Source of the DNA: Chrysomallon squamiferum
Lineage: Eukaryota; Animalia; Mollusca
Assembly (NCBI GenBank): GCA_012295275.1
Contig: CM022669.1
Coordinates: 19,220,001-19,284,000 of the forward strand
Reading direction: 5' to 3'
DNA length: 64,000 nucleotides
Program-made: the position numbers and the translations under genes
The notes under the pieces: model-generated
What the model saw: the letters and a program-made list of their open reading frames with translations, nothing else
Database searches by the model: none
Told to the model about the DNA's origin: nothing
In this document: positions 1 to 14,075 of the stretch, piece by piece
Numbering within the stretch: position 1 is the stretch's first letter
How the letters are laid out: every line of letters begins with the position of its first letter

Positions 1-344
1 ACGATAATGCGAATTCAGACCGTTCTTTCTTCTCTTTCGGTTTTTAATTTAATTTTGTTAATTTATTTACTTTTACTGTTTTTTTTTTTTTCTTTGTTCA
101 AATTTCATTCTTTACATGTTAACTTTTTATTTTCAATATAATATTCATAAATTAATTGTTTTCTTTTAGTACTTTGAAGACGTTATATCACGCGATTTAT
201 ATTTGCTTAACTTGTATTTCAGGAAAAAAGTCCAGAAAGAAGCATGTAAAAGATGAAAACATCGCAAAACAATGTAATGAAATACATTTAATAAAATGTT
301 TAAACTTAATCAGTTGTTTTTGTTATGTGTCAATTACATCATCA

Positions 345-760
345 TACAATTAGGGTTAGGGTTAGGTTTGGGTTTGGCTTTGGGTTAGAGTTATGGTTAT
401 GGTTATGGTTATGGTTATGGTTATGGTTAGCTTTAAGATTATGGTTAGCATTAAACTTACAGTCGGGATTTGGATTACGGTTAGGACTGGTGTTTGGATT
501 AGGATTACGGTTAGCGTTATGTTTAGGAATGGTGTTAGTATTAGGGTTATGGTTAGGGCTTAGAACTGGGATTAAGGTTAGGGTTACAGTTAGTTGTAGG
601 GATAAGGCTAGGTTCGAATCGACAATTACAGTTAGGATTACGGTTAGGTTAACATTACCTTTATAGCCAGGATTAGTTTAACTTTACCTTTATTGTTAGG
701 GCTAGGATTATTTTCAGCATTAAGATTAAAGTTAAGACAAGAGTTGGGACTGCAGTTACG
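345..760 (+). repeat. Degenerate interstitial telomere-like hexamer array (TTAGGG/TTATGG/TTAGGA variants)
   Basis: Starts ttagggttagggttaggtttggg, then (ttatgg)n and many ttaggN/ttacgg variants with 6-bp period over ~400 bp. It produces the spurious ORF 325..666. Confidence 0.8.
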
Positions 761-972
761 TTTGTAAGCTCTTTTTATTTACTTGAGTAATAAACATCCT
801 TACCTTTTAATAATGCTATTTTTGGAGAAAAGGAAAACGAATAAAATAAATAAATAAACAAACCTCTTTGTTGACGATATTCTGCCACTGACATTAATAA
901 CAGGGGAGATAATTCTCACTTAATGCATATGTGAATGAGTAACTATGAATGTGTTTTAAATAATAATTGGAA

Positions 973-1019
<47 letters not shown>

Positions 1020-1356
1020 TATATATATATCTTTGCAAAATATCTCATGTCTATGTCGTAGAGCATAATTTGTGTGTAATTTAATTTACGTTTCAAAAAT
1101 GTAATAATAATTAAAGTTTAATTTACGACGTACACGCATAATATAAAGATTAATTGTGTCTATATCTAATAGTCTCTAATAGATAAAATGATGCCTCAAA
1201 AAGTTACATGGAAGAAGATTAACCTGTTATTCGTTTTGTTATTGTATTAGCGTTGATCTGTCTTTGATTACGAATTTCAAAGTCTATACAAACACAAAAC
1301 ACAGCATACAAAGAGAAGTTTAACAACAAAAGAATACAATTAGAAACTGAATTTAA

Positions 1357-1412
<56 letters not shown>

Positions 1413-1646
1413 TTTTTTTTTTTTTTTTTTTGTAGCCTTGATGTGGGCTCGTTTTTCGCCTGGGTAAAATGGCGGCTTTCAGATTGTTATCACAAGTATA
1501 ATAGTGTTATAATTTGTTATTAACGACAGAGGGTCAATCAGATAAAGTACAATAATAAAAATAATACAGATATAATTTTCCTGTCCTTTCTTTTTCTCCC
1601 ATTCTTTTATATTGTATGTTTGGGTTGTATAATAATAATCATAATA

Positions 1647-1688
<42 letters not shown>

Positions 1689-2289
1689 TTTAAAGATTAA
1701 ATAAATACTAATATTGCGGTCGATACTTGTGAATGTTTGTGTATCTGATATACGTGTGCGTTCGTGCGTGCATGTGTTCATATTTCAATGGATAAAGTTT
1801 CTCTCGTTTGTGATGTTACTCATTTATACTAAATGCCGTAGACAGCATATTTCTATGACGTATTTCACAAATCGAAAATGCAAGAACACGCAGAAGTTCA
1901 GCATCTTTTTCTAACATATTTCATCAGAACTTAGTTATGAAGAAGATTCAGCAAGTATTCTATTTTTTAATAGTGGTGAGTAAGAAGATGTCAACAAAAT
2001 TCGTGTCTTATTTTATTTAAAAGGCTTTTACGTCTCGAGCCTGTGATATATAAGATCATGGAATTTAAAACCAGTGCTCCCTATTTATAATAATAATAAT
2101 AATGTAGTTGTTATTGTTATTATTATTAAATTTCTTTGTTATTTATTTAGTTTCCCTTTTTGATTAGTAGTTCATATCATTTTGTTTTTGTTTATTTTCT
2201 CGTGATTATATGAAAACAGTTATATGGTTTTAAAATTTTTTTAAATTGCTGTCACTTTGTAGAATCAGTCATGACAAGTTTACATGATT

Positions 2290-2369
<80 letters not shown>

Positions 2370-2518
2370 CTCATTCATTAGTAGTAGCAGCAGCAGTAAT
2401 AGTAGTAGCAGTAATGGTGGTAGCAACAATAGTGGTACTAGTAGCAGATAATAGTAGTGGGCCTAACTGGAATACTGCCAATAATATTTCGTTTTTTAGT
2501 GTACATAAACTTGTAAAA

Positions 2519-2557
<39 letters not shown>

Positions 2558-2613
2558 AAGTCAATACAATATACAGATGCCTTTATTCCGTTGTCTTTAT
2601 GCTTTAAAACCAT

Positions 2614-2953
2614 TCCTGAAATAAAGAATTTAGAGTGAATTAATTAATCAATCAATATTAATGAGACGGGCTTAATGTTATCGTTATTAAAACAATTTTT
2701 CACATATGTCTAGATTCAGGATGTTGTATCTGTGTGTAATTTATTATTTTATTACATTATCATCATCATCGTCAAATGCAAACACATAAAAAATAAAACC
2801 CCATCTCAACCACTATATATATGTGTGTGTATATATATATATAATCGCTAGTTTTTCGATAAAGCATTCTGCTTTTTTGATTATAAATTAAATATTAATT
2901 TAAAAAAATATATAATCTTACTTAAATATATTATTATTAAAACACACACTCAT

Positions 2954-3009
<56 letters not shown>

Positions 3010-3242
3010 CGACAGACCGACAGGTAACTAGGTATGTAGACAGATATATATAAATATAGAGAGAATATATAGATATCGATTTAGACACAGATATATTTAA
3101 TGTATTTCGGTTGTTTATCAAACAGGGAAAACGTTAACTTACATTTGCTAAAGTAGTTCTTTAATTCATCGAGAGATACGTCAACATCAACTGAATATAA
3201 ATAAATAAATTATCAATAGAGATTTATGAAATATATATGTCT

Positions 3243-3301
<59 letters not shown>

Positions 3302-4034
3302 TTTTATTTTTTATTTTTTATTTTGTTTTATTTTTTATTTATTTTTTTTTTGTTTGTTTGTTTGTTAATACCTCCATGGGTACTTTTAAATATAAGTTTA
3401 TGTTTGCATGAAATGTACTTACTTTCATCATCATCACTGTTTGTGATCACATATCTCATAGACATTTGTTTGGCCTGTTCAGAAGGTACTGCAAAAATAT
3501 ATATATATATATAAAAATATAAAATAATAATAAATAAAATAAACACACACACACATACACACAAACGCACACGCACAAATAGATAGACACGTACAAACAC
3601 TCGCACATTTATTTCACCAGTTTTTGAAAATTCCTTAGCAAGATCATTCTTCGTAAAAGGAAAACTTCCATTAAATGGAAAAAACTTTTAACCGAAATCA
3701 CAACTGAAAATGATTTAACAAATAATATCCATTTATCTATGAGAGTAACAGGAAAGAAAAAGCAGAAGGAGAAGAAAAAAAACAACATTACTAATTTTCG
3801 AGTTGATGCGCACAATAGGTGTCCTTAATAATAATAACTGAAAGAAAGACAAATGTAATAATTCATATAAATTAAAACTAAATAAAATTTACCGTTTTCA
3901 GTTGGCATGTTCTTCTTCCTGAAAACATGACCAAGGGTTCTGCCAGCTCTGCTTAAAGCTCTCCTGATCCGCCATGATGACGTCATGTCGGGGGTTAGGA
4001 TAAGAACAAGAGCAACCAGTATTAGAAACTTCAT
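2614..4034 (-). CDS. Small secreted protein, putative cationic host-defence peptide precursor (~85 aa)
   Basis: Exons with canonical GT-AG and consistent phase 1: 4034-3893 (MKFLILVALVLILTPDMTSS-WRIRRALSRAGRTLGHVFRKKNMPTEN), 3488-3423 (VPSEQAKQMSMRYVITNSDDDE), 3190-3143 (IDVDVSLDELKNYFSK). The next acceptor (TTTCAG, exon from 2615) completes a T|GA stop; the 3' end is uncertain. The ATG directly follows an AG acceptor. Confidence 0.7.
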
Positions 4035-4659
4035 CTATTTAACCAACGAAGCAAAATAAAATTTTGTTCAGTTTGCAAATTAAGATGACCACATTTAGCA
4101 ATATTTTATTCTTGTAAATGAAACCAGTGAAAAAAAAATGGCCTAATTAATTCATACAACATTTTGGTTGTCGTTATAAAATTTAACAACAATTAACTAT
4201 CGTAATATACATGGAGTCTTGCACTTTCCGTTTTATTTTCGTGTCGTCATTTCATAGATAGATTTTGACTAGTGGAATTTAGAATTATATATATCAGGAT
4301 TACTGTTTATAAATATGAATATTTACAAGTGCTTATGGAGTGTTGATTTTATGACTTAATCACATCTCAGACCATGACTAATGCGGTTTAATTAGTTCCT
4401 AATCAGCCGTTATGGTAGTGGCAGTTGCTTTTATAGTAGTTATAGTTGTAGTAGTTGTAGTTGTGGTAATGGTAGTAACCACATCAGTAAGAGTTTTAGC
4501 AGTAGTAGCAGTACAGACACAATTTAAATACATTTACAGAAACCGATACATACACTTTTCATATATTCTTCAAATTAACGATTAGAAAATTTGTTAAAAA
4601 TCACGTTAACAATTTATCTTTATAATGTTCCTTATTCTTTTACTGCAAGTTTCACTTAC

Positions 4660-4720
4660 CTTGATGCTTTGAGAGAGTATTCAATGACACAAACAATCGA
4701 AATGAATGTTTTTAAAGGCA
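4660..4720 (-). promoter_or_regulatory. Core promoter and non-coding first exon of the secreted-peptide gene
   Basis: On the minus strand: TATA-like TTTAAAAA (~4717-4710), Inr-like TCATT ~28 bp downstream (~4688-4684), then a perfect donor AAG|GTAAGT at 4660/4659. Confidence 0.5.
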
Positions 4721-4962
4721 GACAGGTATTGACTACACACCTAACTCATATTAATCGACTTGGCATTAGTCATTTGTATTCTGATTGTTTTGTCACGTTT
4801 AAGTTCAGATGGTATTAGATTTGACGGTTTTTCCGTTGAGTCTGACGATTATTGAAATAAATATCTGTATTTGTTTTCATCATGTGTATAAACTAATGAT
4901 GTTTCTGTTATGACTGAAGTCACATGTGTTGAAGCAATCAATCAGTAATTACATTCAGTGAA

Positions 4963-5057
<95 letters not shown>

Positions 5058-6927
5058 ATGCCATTATGTGCCTGCATTTATGTATGTAAACACACACATT
5101 ATATAATTATTGAAATTTTATGTTTCAGTTTATGATATTGGTTGCTTTTCTAGCAATCTTGTTTAATGAAGTACAATCAGTTTCGACAGCTGGAAGATTT
5201 ATCATCGAATTACGCAGAAGTTACAATTACATTCTCAAAGAATATCGTAGGATCAGGTAAGCTAATTAACAGACTGGACGTTAATATACATTATTCCAAA
5301 TCCATGAACAAAAATTACTTAATGGTGGCATGTCAGTAACCCTATTCGCGTCAAACCACGATTATAAAATTTAGTTTAATTTGTGCTCGTTACTAGTTGT
5401 ATTGAAGTTTTGTCTCACATATAGACATTGCAGACGATGGCGTGGAGGTAGTTAAGCTGCAAAATATTTTCTTTATTAGATTGCTGTAGATTTCTTATTG
5501 GTAGCAGTAGTAACCTACTGGTAGCGGTGATGGCAGTTATTTCAATCGTAGTTGCTACCTTAATTATTTTTTTGTTTATTTGTGTGAACGCATATGTTAT
5601 GTGACGTAATGTACCCGTTTTATAATTTCTCTGGATGTATTTTCTTTTCAGCTACAAGTATGGATTTTTTTTTTTTTGAATTGGGAATCAACAATAACCT
5701 GAAAATTGCGAGATCGCAAAACTGTTTACAGTTACCAAGACGACAGTTTCTGATAAGAAGAAGGAAAAAATGAGTTTGTGACTTTAACTCATGACACATA
5801 CAAACAAACAATGCCATATTTGTGAATTAAAGGGGAAAAAAAAAAGAATCCTGCGTTTAAGTACAACACTACCCATGTTTGTGACCTGTTCTAAAGAAAG
5901 GCACATTAAGATAAAAGGAAAATCAAATATTTCAAAACGACTTGTGACGTTTCTGTTTAAGTTATGAGAACTTTTTTCTTCTTGTTCTGTAATTTTTTCA
6001 ACTTCTATGGCAGTACGCTTCAACAATAATGTCCGTAACGATATTAATATGAATTTATCATAAGAGAATAAATAAATGTTTTAAAATAAAAACGAACATG
6101 TCAAGAGAACTGTTGAATACACTGTAAGAACAATCAACGTACTGACGTTCTTGCGATGTATTATTTTACATGCTACGTTCTATTTTCTGAAAAAACTTTA
6201 ATCGATTTTGTTTTGGTTGATTTAAAAAAAAAAAATTAAAAGGTCATAAATAAAACACAAATGCTTTAAAAGAATGACAGAAAATTAATAATGATGATGA
6301 TGATGATAATAATAATAAACGTGCATATTATATGTATTATTTTACAAAATAAAATGTTGATAAATTAATTTTCATTTAAGCAAACAACTTATTTTTGTAT
6401 ACTGTTATATTATAATATCATAAATATGGTTAAGAACCATTAGAATAATGACAAAATTGCTGTCTTCATATAACAGGCTATTGTTTTGGCATAAAAACAT
6501 ATCCCAAAGACAGGACAGTACATACCATAAACCTTATTAAATAATGGGTAGAGGACTAGATCACAAGATCAGACCTCTTACAGTTAACTGGTCATCACAG
6601 CATGAACAGACATACAAAATTATACACATACATAATACACACATACACAAAATTATACATACATATTACAGACACAAAATTATTCACATACATAATACAT
6701 ACACACATGCTTTTGTCTTTGATAAATCCGTCCTTTCCTTGAATTTATTAAACATTAAACAATCTGTTATAAAATAATTTATTTCATTATTCAAAGGAAG
6801 AAAACAAAATTGTACTAGACATCCACAGTATTAATTATACAATTTAATAATAATAATAATAATAATAATAGTAGTAGTAGCAGTAGTAGTAATCATAATA
6901 ATAATAATAATAATAGTAGTAGCAGTA

Positions 6928-6979
<52 letters not shown>

Positions 6980-7208
6980 CAACAATCATAAAAGAAGTAC
7001 ATTCATAAGTACTTCTGTAAATCACATATAATTTTATAAGAAATATTTTACCTCGACAGAGAAATTTCTGTGGTATTTAATTGTAGAATGACCTATAATG
7101 GTTATTATACCTTTCTGAAAAAGTATGTGATGAAATTCCAACTGCACAAAAGTAATACTGCAATGTGAAGTATTATTCTGTTTGTAAAGCTATCAAATTA
7201 ATTAGCAA

Positions 7209-7240
<32 letters not shown>

Positions 7241-9943
7241 TTATTATTATTAGTAGTAAAAAAACAACAACAAATAAATAGAAAATTTTAAACTAAAGAA
7301 AATTTAAAAAAAAAATAATAAAATTCATAATGACATGAAGGAATATTCTAACTGCAAAATGATTAGTAAGGCATATTCCAGCTGACTGAATTATTTGTGA
7401 GGAATAATTTACTTTTACAGCTGTTTCCTTTATTCTTTGAAAATCTTGTGTGTCAGAATTATTTGTAAGGAATATTCTGGTTGTCACAATTATTCACATC
7501 AAACAATCCACCTCTCAGAATATTCTGATTTGAAAAAAAAATAACCCATAATACTAAATGCTGGAAGAAAGAAAGACAACTCCAATGAGCAAAGAAAACT
7601 ACCACATTTATTATCTCTGGTAGCAGTTTATAAATCAGAAATATATATTTATGAAAATAAGATATAAATATCTAGAATATGAAAGAAATGATTGGTATAG
7701 CATGAGTACATAAAATCATTTAATGCTGTTAGTTTCAAATTCAAGTCTCCAATTTAAGTGTAATTTTTGATGACATATATGTAATTCAGAAAGAGAGAGA
7801 GAGAGAGAGATGTCTTTCAGTTTGGAAATCAAATATATTGTAATCCATCTTGTGAAACAAAATATTAACCTGAGATAAATAATAAATAAATTAATAATGA
7901 ATTAAGAACTTCTTAAAGAAAACATGAAGACAGTTTTATAATTATGAGCTTAATATCACAATTAATAAAATTAGAGGTATGTTTAATAATTAATTTAAAG
8001 TATTTAGCATACAAGAGTGAAAATTACTTTCTTATGGAAGGAAAAAAAAAAAAAAAAAAAAAAAAAACTCCCACCTACTTGACTAGTTTATGGAAGTAAT
8101 AATTAAAAATAACAAATAATTCATAAATACAAATATAAATAACATGTCAACAGTTACAAATATTTAGAATGTTCTGTGATAGTTGTAAATTATAAAATAA
8201 TGAAGAATTTAAAACAATACATTCATTATTAAATTTAAATAATACAAACTTTTTTCGAAATAATTCCAAGCATGAAGACTATATATTTGATTAACAACAC
8301 AAATGAGCATCATAATTACAAATACTTACTTAAATATATACTCACAGACAAACAGACACATGAATAGTAACAAGTATAATTATCTACTAATTACACATTT
8401 CTTGGTGGGTGGTCAGCAAATTCAGAAATGTAAATGGAAGCAACAGTTTATGATTAACTAATGTACAAGTATTATCATTGTTTAATTTATACTGATGCAT
8501 TTTATGTCCTCTACAAATATTCATTTAAGTACATTCACAAGAAAACATGACTCGGTCACAACAATTTAACATCCTTACTGTAATATTATAAAAATCATAG
8601 GTGGGTTTATCTTTATGTCATAAACCTGACATGATTTTGATCTTTTTATTTCCTTACTTTTTTTTTAATTTTTTTTTTCTTTCTAAATCACAACAAAGAT
8701 AAATGTACAAAAATTATGCAAGAAAAACATAAACAAACAAAAGTCAATAACAACAAAGCATACAATACAGTAATAACAATACACTGAAAAAACTTCTGTT
8801 ATGTACATAATATTATTATTAATAATAAGAGATACAGAAACATCAAAAACCAATAGAAATTATATTTTATGTAACAATCTGTTGTAGTAATAACAACAAT
8901 TTTAATTGTAATAAAATTAATAGTTGCCACAGTAATAACAGCAGTAGTGGTAGTAGGTGTCACAGTAAGTTTGTTTCACAGCTTCAGGACTGTATGTGTT
9001 TAAACTTTAGTGTTGGAAGGAAGAGAAGGCCATGGCAAGCTGGGGCTGATACTTGTGTATGCGACTCTGTGCATCATTCTCTTGCTAGCCCAGAATTATT
9101 TCTCATATTTTAAATTTCACACCAGAAAAAAAACAAATTTAAAAAAAATAAAATAAATAAAAAAAATAATAATAAATGGCAAAAAATAATAAGAAATCAT
9201 AATTTATTTAATGAACAAAAAAAAAATAAAAAAATCTGTCTTTGTCTTTTTCAACAAGTTCTTTTACTGCCAAACTTGACTAATGAAATTAAGATTAATC
9301 ATGTCTACACAAAAGCTGTTGTGTTTTATGTTTTGCTTCTGTTGATAAAAGGCACTGATTAGGCTAACTATGAATAGAATAATCAGAATTTTAACAATTT
9401 ACAATTCTCTGTGCAAAACAGAGCTAGATAAATTAATAACCTTAAGTCTATTTCACTTTTTACCAGGCCTCACAATGCCTCCATTTGTATACCCTGTTTC
9501 ACCGATAATTTATTCACACCCCCATCATGCCTAACTGATCACCAGTAGTCCCACCCCTTTTCACCCTCTAAAGTATTTTTAATCTATGCCGTGTTCACAC
9601 CTGTTTTCTCACATACCGTCTGTACTGCAACGTTTCTGGGCTGCTACGTTCATTAACCACCTGAACTGGCAACTGTTAATAATGTTTAACACTTGCTAGC
9701 CCCAGTGACTGATGACTTTTTTCATGGGAGTTCGAAAACTGTTGTTTTTAAATTTCATCACTTGAATTTGAATCTGGATACAAACAATTCAAAGTTTTAT
9801 AGGTAAAATTATTTTTGGTTCATGGTTTACAGCAGTATTATAAAATCTTTGTATAAAAATAGCACAACAGTTTTGGAAGGGAAATATGTACAACTTGTTT
9901 TCTAATAAAAATAATTTTAAAAAAAACTGAAACTTCTGCAGAA

Positions 9944-12900
9944 CTAAATATTCTCGTAAGCTGTTCCAGTACTATCCAATCTACCACAGCGACAAACAAA
10001 CAAACAACCATCCTGAAAAAAAAAAAAAAAAGACAAGAAAAATTAATTTCAAACAGCTTTTTTTAAAATGAGTAAAGTATTATATTATTTAATCTGTATG
10101 ACTTAATATTTGAGAATGTTTCACATAAATATATGTAATTTTAAATATATGCTTTTTAAATATACATATATATTACATTAATATTGATAAGATATTCCCA
10201 GAAAATGAGTCTTCTGTTTATATATCTTAGTGCCATATTAACAACTGAAACTGATTTAATGACCATTAACAAATTTATTCAACTGTTCACACACTTTAGA
10301 TGATGTTAACCATCATTGCTTAGTATTATTTTAAAATAGTATAAAGTTACATAATGCAGCTTGAAATTAGCAAAAAGTAATGGTTTATTAATTAATTTAA
10401 AATCAGTAAGAAATAAAACTTGATTTATGTAATTTGAAATTAGTTTGAAATAGAAGTTTATTCATTAATCTGAAATAAATAACAGATACGGTTTATTAAT
10501 TAATTTAAAATCAGCATAAAATACAGGTTCATAAATTAATCTGAAATTAGTAAGAAAATAAAAGCTTTATTAATTAATTTAAAATTAGAGTAAAATAAAG
10601 TTACATTAATTGAGTAATTTAAAATTTGCATAAAGTAAAAGTTGAATATAATGATGCTAAGTTACTGTCTGACACTTACAGCGACTAGAACAGGAAGATC
10701 CACCCAGAAGCTGTAATTAGGAACTGCTTCCAACCCTCGGGCACCTTTACACGCCATGTTCCATGCACACCCAAATATGAAATAAGAAATGCTAAAAACA
10801 AAAAAACTGCAAGAGAGAATAATAACAAAATTAGAATTTGGAAATCTCCAATTTTCTTTGTCTCTTTCCTTTTTGTTTTTCTTTCTGTTTTTTTCCCCCT
10901 TCTTTTTTGTTTTATCAGTGAATTCAGTTATATGATAGGAGAAATATGACAGAATGAAAATGTTTGCATTTCAACAGAATGAACAGAAACAAACATGATT
11001 AGCAATATTTGCATAATTAACAATACAGTTGATAAAATATGCATCCAAGATTAACAACAGACATTATATACATAGACATATATTACACTAACACACACAC
11101 ACACTCCAGTTAGTATATATAGTGGCCAGAGAGGACATCAGACTAGATAAATTCCCATATTTGTGGTCACTGAACCATTTTCACTTTGATAAATTACTTA
11201 GTATTTACATGTATATTTAACAAAGTTATTTCTTTAATGTTCAGTTTGCTGGTTTAGACCTTCAAAAGACTAGTTTTCACTTTAAAAAATAACAAACTGT
11301 TGTTATTTAAGAACTATTTTGTTTTGATATGTAGTTTCTCTAAGGCTGCATGAGAAATGGAAATCAACAGTATGAATCTACTGCCGTAAACAGTGGTGAG
11401 TTGAGAAATAAAAGAGTTAATTTTCATTTAGTTTTGTATTATTTAGGACTGAGAAATAAAAGAAATAACTTGTTACTGTCCTAAGATATCCAGCTGTATC
11501 CTCATCAGGTCGAATGGTAAATGCAACTCAGGCAGAGCCTCGTTGCTACTGACATTCTAACCATAACAGGGCGAAGCTGAAACCTTAAGACAGTAACCAG
11601 TTATTCCCGACGAATGTGATAAACAATACATACATGATTACAAGAACTGTGCCAGCACTTAGTTGTTTGATTTCATTTCCAGGGCTAAGAGAAACACAGG
11701 CACCAGAATAAAAGAATGTCAGATCATACTACAAAAAAAAAAAAATAAATAAATAAATAAGTAAATAAAGCTTGATATATATATATAGAAGATTTTTTTT
11801 TTTTTATCTTAATTATGACTGATTTGTTCATTTAAAATTACAAATTTCTACAAAGTAATATAAATACATAGATTGATATACACACATATGGTATATACAT
11901 ATATATATGCACACACATACCCACACTCAGTTTTCACACATGCATCCTTCATTCCATATATACTTACACCACACAGTTGTCTTATAAACACACATACATG
12001 TACACATACACAGAAACACACATCTGTCTATCCACCCTTCATTCAGCCATCCATACTTACATACAAACATGTACACACACACATATAATACAACAACAAA
12101 CAGTAAATCATTAAAGGTAATTGACATTAAATTTAAAAAAAAAAAAAAAATCAATACACTAACCCGACACACTGAAAGCACTGTTGCTTTTGATATATTT
12201 GTTTTCACAGGCACATTTTGTGTTTTGGATCCAACAAATGGCCAGTGCGTGTTCAGATTGCAAAGAAATGTCAAAGTTGTTTGTATCGTACATATTTTTC
12301 CTGAGTTATTGAACTTTGACCCTGGATTGAATACACTCTGAAAACCCACTCTTCCTATAACAAAACCATATATATATATATATATACATATAAAACAATA
12401 AATAATTAATGAGTAATTTTACAGATTAAATCTTAAAGACTAAATTTAATTAATATAATAAACTAATTATTAACCTGAAAGACAGCCAATATATGTCACA
12501 TCTAATATTTTATTTTCTAAAAAAAACATATTTTACCACTTTAACGTAAACACCTGTCCTGTACTTAATGAAACAAATTATTATACATAGTAAAAGAAGG
12601 AATTAATGAAGCTAATTCATATTTCATTTCCTATTTTCAATTACTTAATCTTTAGCAGTTGTGATAATGAAAAGAAAAGTAATGTCATTTTTGTATATGA
12701 CACAGATCTACGGGATACTGCCTACTTTTTGTTAAGCAGTATGATTCTTTTTCCCTCCTTATAAAATGAAACTTGTATTATTTTAAAACTTACATCCACC
12801 GTAATTAATAATAAGAACTGTTTTAATTTATAATTAAAAAAAAAGTTTTAATTCTTAAAGATATATATCCACCATATTTAATCTTGGCCATTAATTTCTT

Positions 12901-13400
12901 CTTTATAATAAATAAATTCATTTCATTTCAAAACTTAAGCCACTATAATTAATTATGACTAACTGGGTTATTTCTTATTTTTATAAATTAACTTGTTTCA
13001 TTTACAAAATTATATATATAATGAAATTCATTTCAATAGGAAGGTATTATCTGTAAAAATGAAGTTTCCATGTACCCCCCCCCCCAATATCTAGGGACCA
13101 CCTGTGTTTAATGTTCTTACCATCCTGCAGTGCTCTGAATGGCAGTTGTGTGTCATATGAAGCCAGATTCGTTGTTATGTTCTTATTTTTCTGACAGACA
13201 CTTGCATTCAGACAGTTTCCTTTCTCTTGTAATGGTGAACAAAATACAAACTTGACAACACATCCATTCTTAGTAGGAGGAAGACACAAACTGCCATTTG
13301 TTATATTAACTTGCCATTGACTAAAATAATAATAATAATATTAATTTAAAAAGACAACAAAACAGTGTATGTTTTTGTGTGTGTGTGTGTGTGTGTGTGT

Positions 13401-13457
<57 letters not shown>

Positions 13458-14062
13458 GTAATTATATGTATTGTTTCCTCATATTTGCACTAATGCAGAC
13501 ATACATAAAATGTGTGGCATACATAAATAATAATAATAATAAATTAATATAATATAATATCAAATAAACATATAATTATATCAATTTTCAGGTACATTCT
13601 AATTTGTTATCAAACTGGTGGTATTCATTTAATCGTAGTTTAAGAGTTAGACCTGTGAAAGTAGTGTTTGTTTCACTGTCATATTTTAAAAATATATATA
13701 TCAAAAAGCCTTCCACTTATGACTGACAGCAGAAGACTTATTGAGAAAAAGACTTGATTAAATTTCACAGTGAAGGGGTAAACTTGAAGTATCATTATTA
13801 ATATCTTATTATTTCATCTGTGACAGACGATCTATTTATTCTACAAAATCCACAAATTCACGCGACCTCTTTGGAAAAACCACAAGAAAGACAAGCTGAA
13901 CATCAGTAACAAAATAACTAGCTTTAAAAATTATCACCTCATTGTAAGGTTACGAGTGTCATAGTTCGGGAGGCCACAAACATCTGTCCTAACATTTGCA
14001 GAAATTACATTAAACAACACCAAAATTCCAGGAAACAACAATAAAGTCATGCTAGCCGCCAT
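9944..14062 (-). CDS. Cation-dependent mannose-6-phosphate-receptor/ATG27-like type I membrane protein
   Basis: Six in-frame exons: 14062-13938, 13320-13121, 12354-12164, 11728-11634, 10806-10680, 10012-9944. Signal peptide MAASMTLLLFPGILVLFNVISA, Cys-rich luminal domain ending YDLTFFYSGAC, TM segment LSAGTVLVIIFFVFSISYFIFG, family-typical tail GARGLEAVPNYSFWVDLPVLVADG, and C-terminal YENI (YxxPhi sorting motif). Confidence 0.85.
10370..10650. repeat. AT-rich minisatellite, ~37-bp unit (intronic)
   Basis: Recurrent aattaatttaaaatcag/aattaatctgaaattag units, about 7 diverged copies. Confidence 0.55.
11464..11605. mobile_element. Palindromic MITE-like dispersed repeat (~140-bp fold-back)
   Basis: Terminal inverted repeats aataacttgttactgtcctaag and cttaagacagtaaccagttatt (22 bp, 2 mismatches) with internal pairing. 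A half copy lies at 15803-15865 in the opposite orientation. Confidence 0.6.
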
Positions 14063-14075
14063 TTTGTCATGTGAT
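14052..14075 (-). promoter_or_regulatory. YY1-like motif over the start codon plus M-box/CLEAR-like E-box
   Basis: CAAAATGGCGGC spans the ATG; GTCATGTGAT lies at 14066-14075, immediately upstream. Confidence 0.45.

Noticed and set aside
222-296. Possible terminal exon of an upstream + strand gene (tttcag acceptor, AATAAA at ~290)
   Set aside because: Too short, frame undeterminable and no recognisable motif.
325-666. 113-aa Leu/Trp/Gly-rich ORF
   Set aside because: It is the translation of the degenerate TTAGGG hexamer array.
5784-6026. 80-aa minus-strand ORF MLKRTAIEVEK...
   Set aside because: No motif, no supporting splice structure and a non-ATG start.
11495-11515. CTGATGAG on the minus strand, resembling a hammerhead ribozyme core
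   Set aside because: No GAAA after stem II and no compatible stems I/III; it is part of the larger palindrome.
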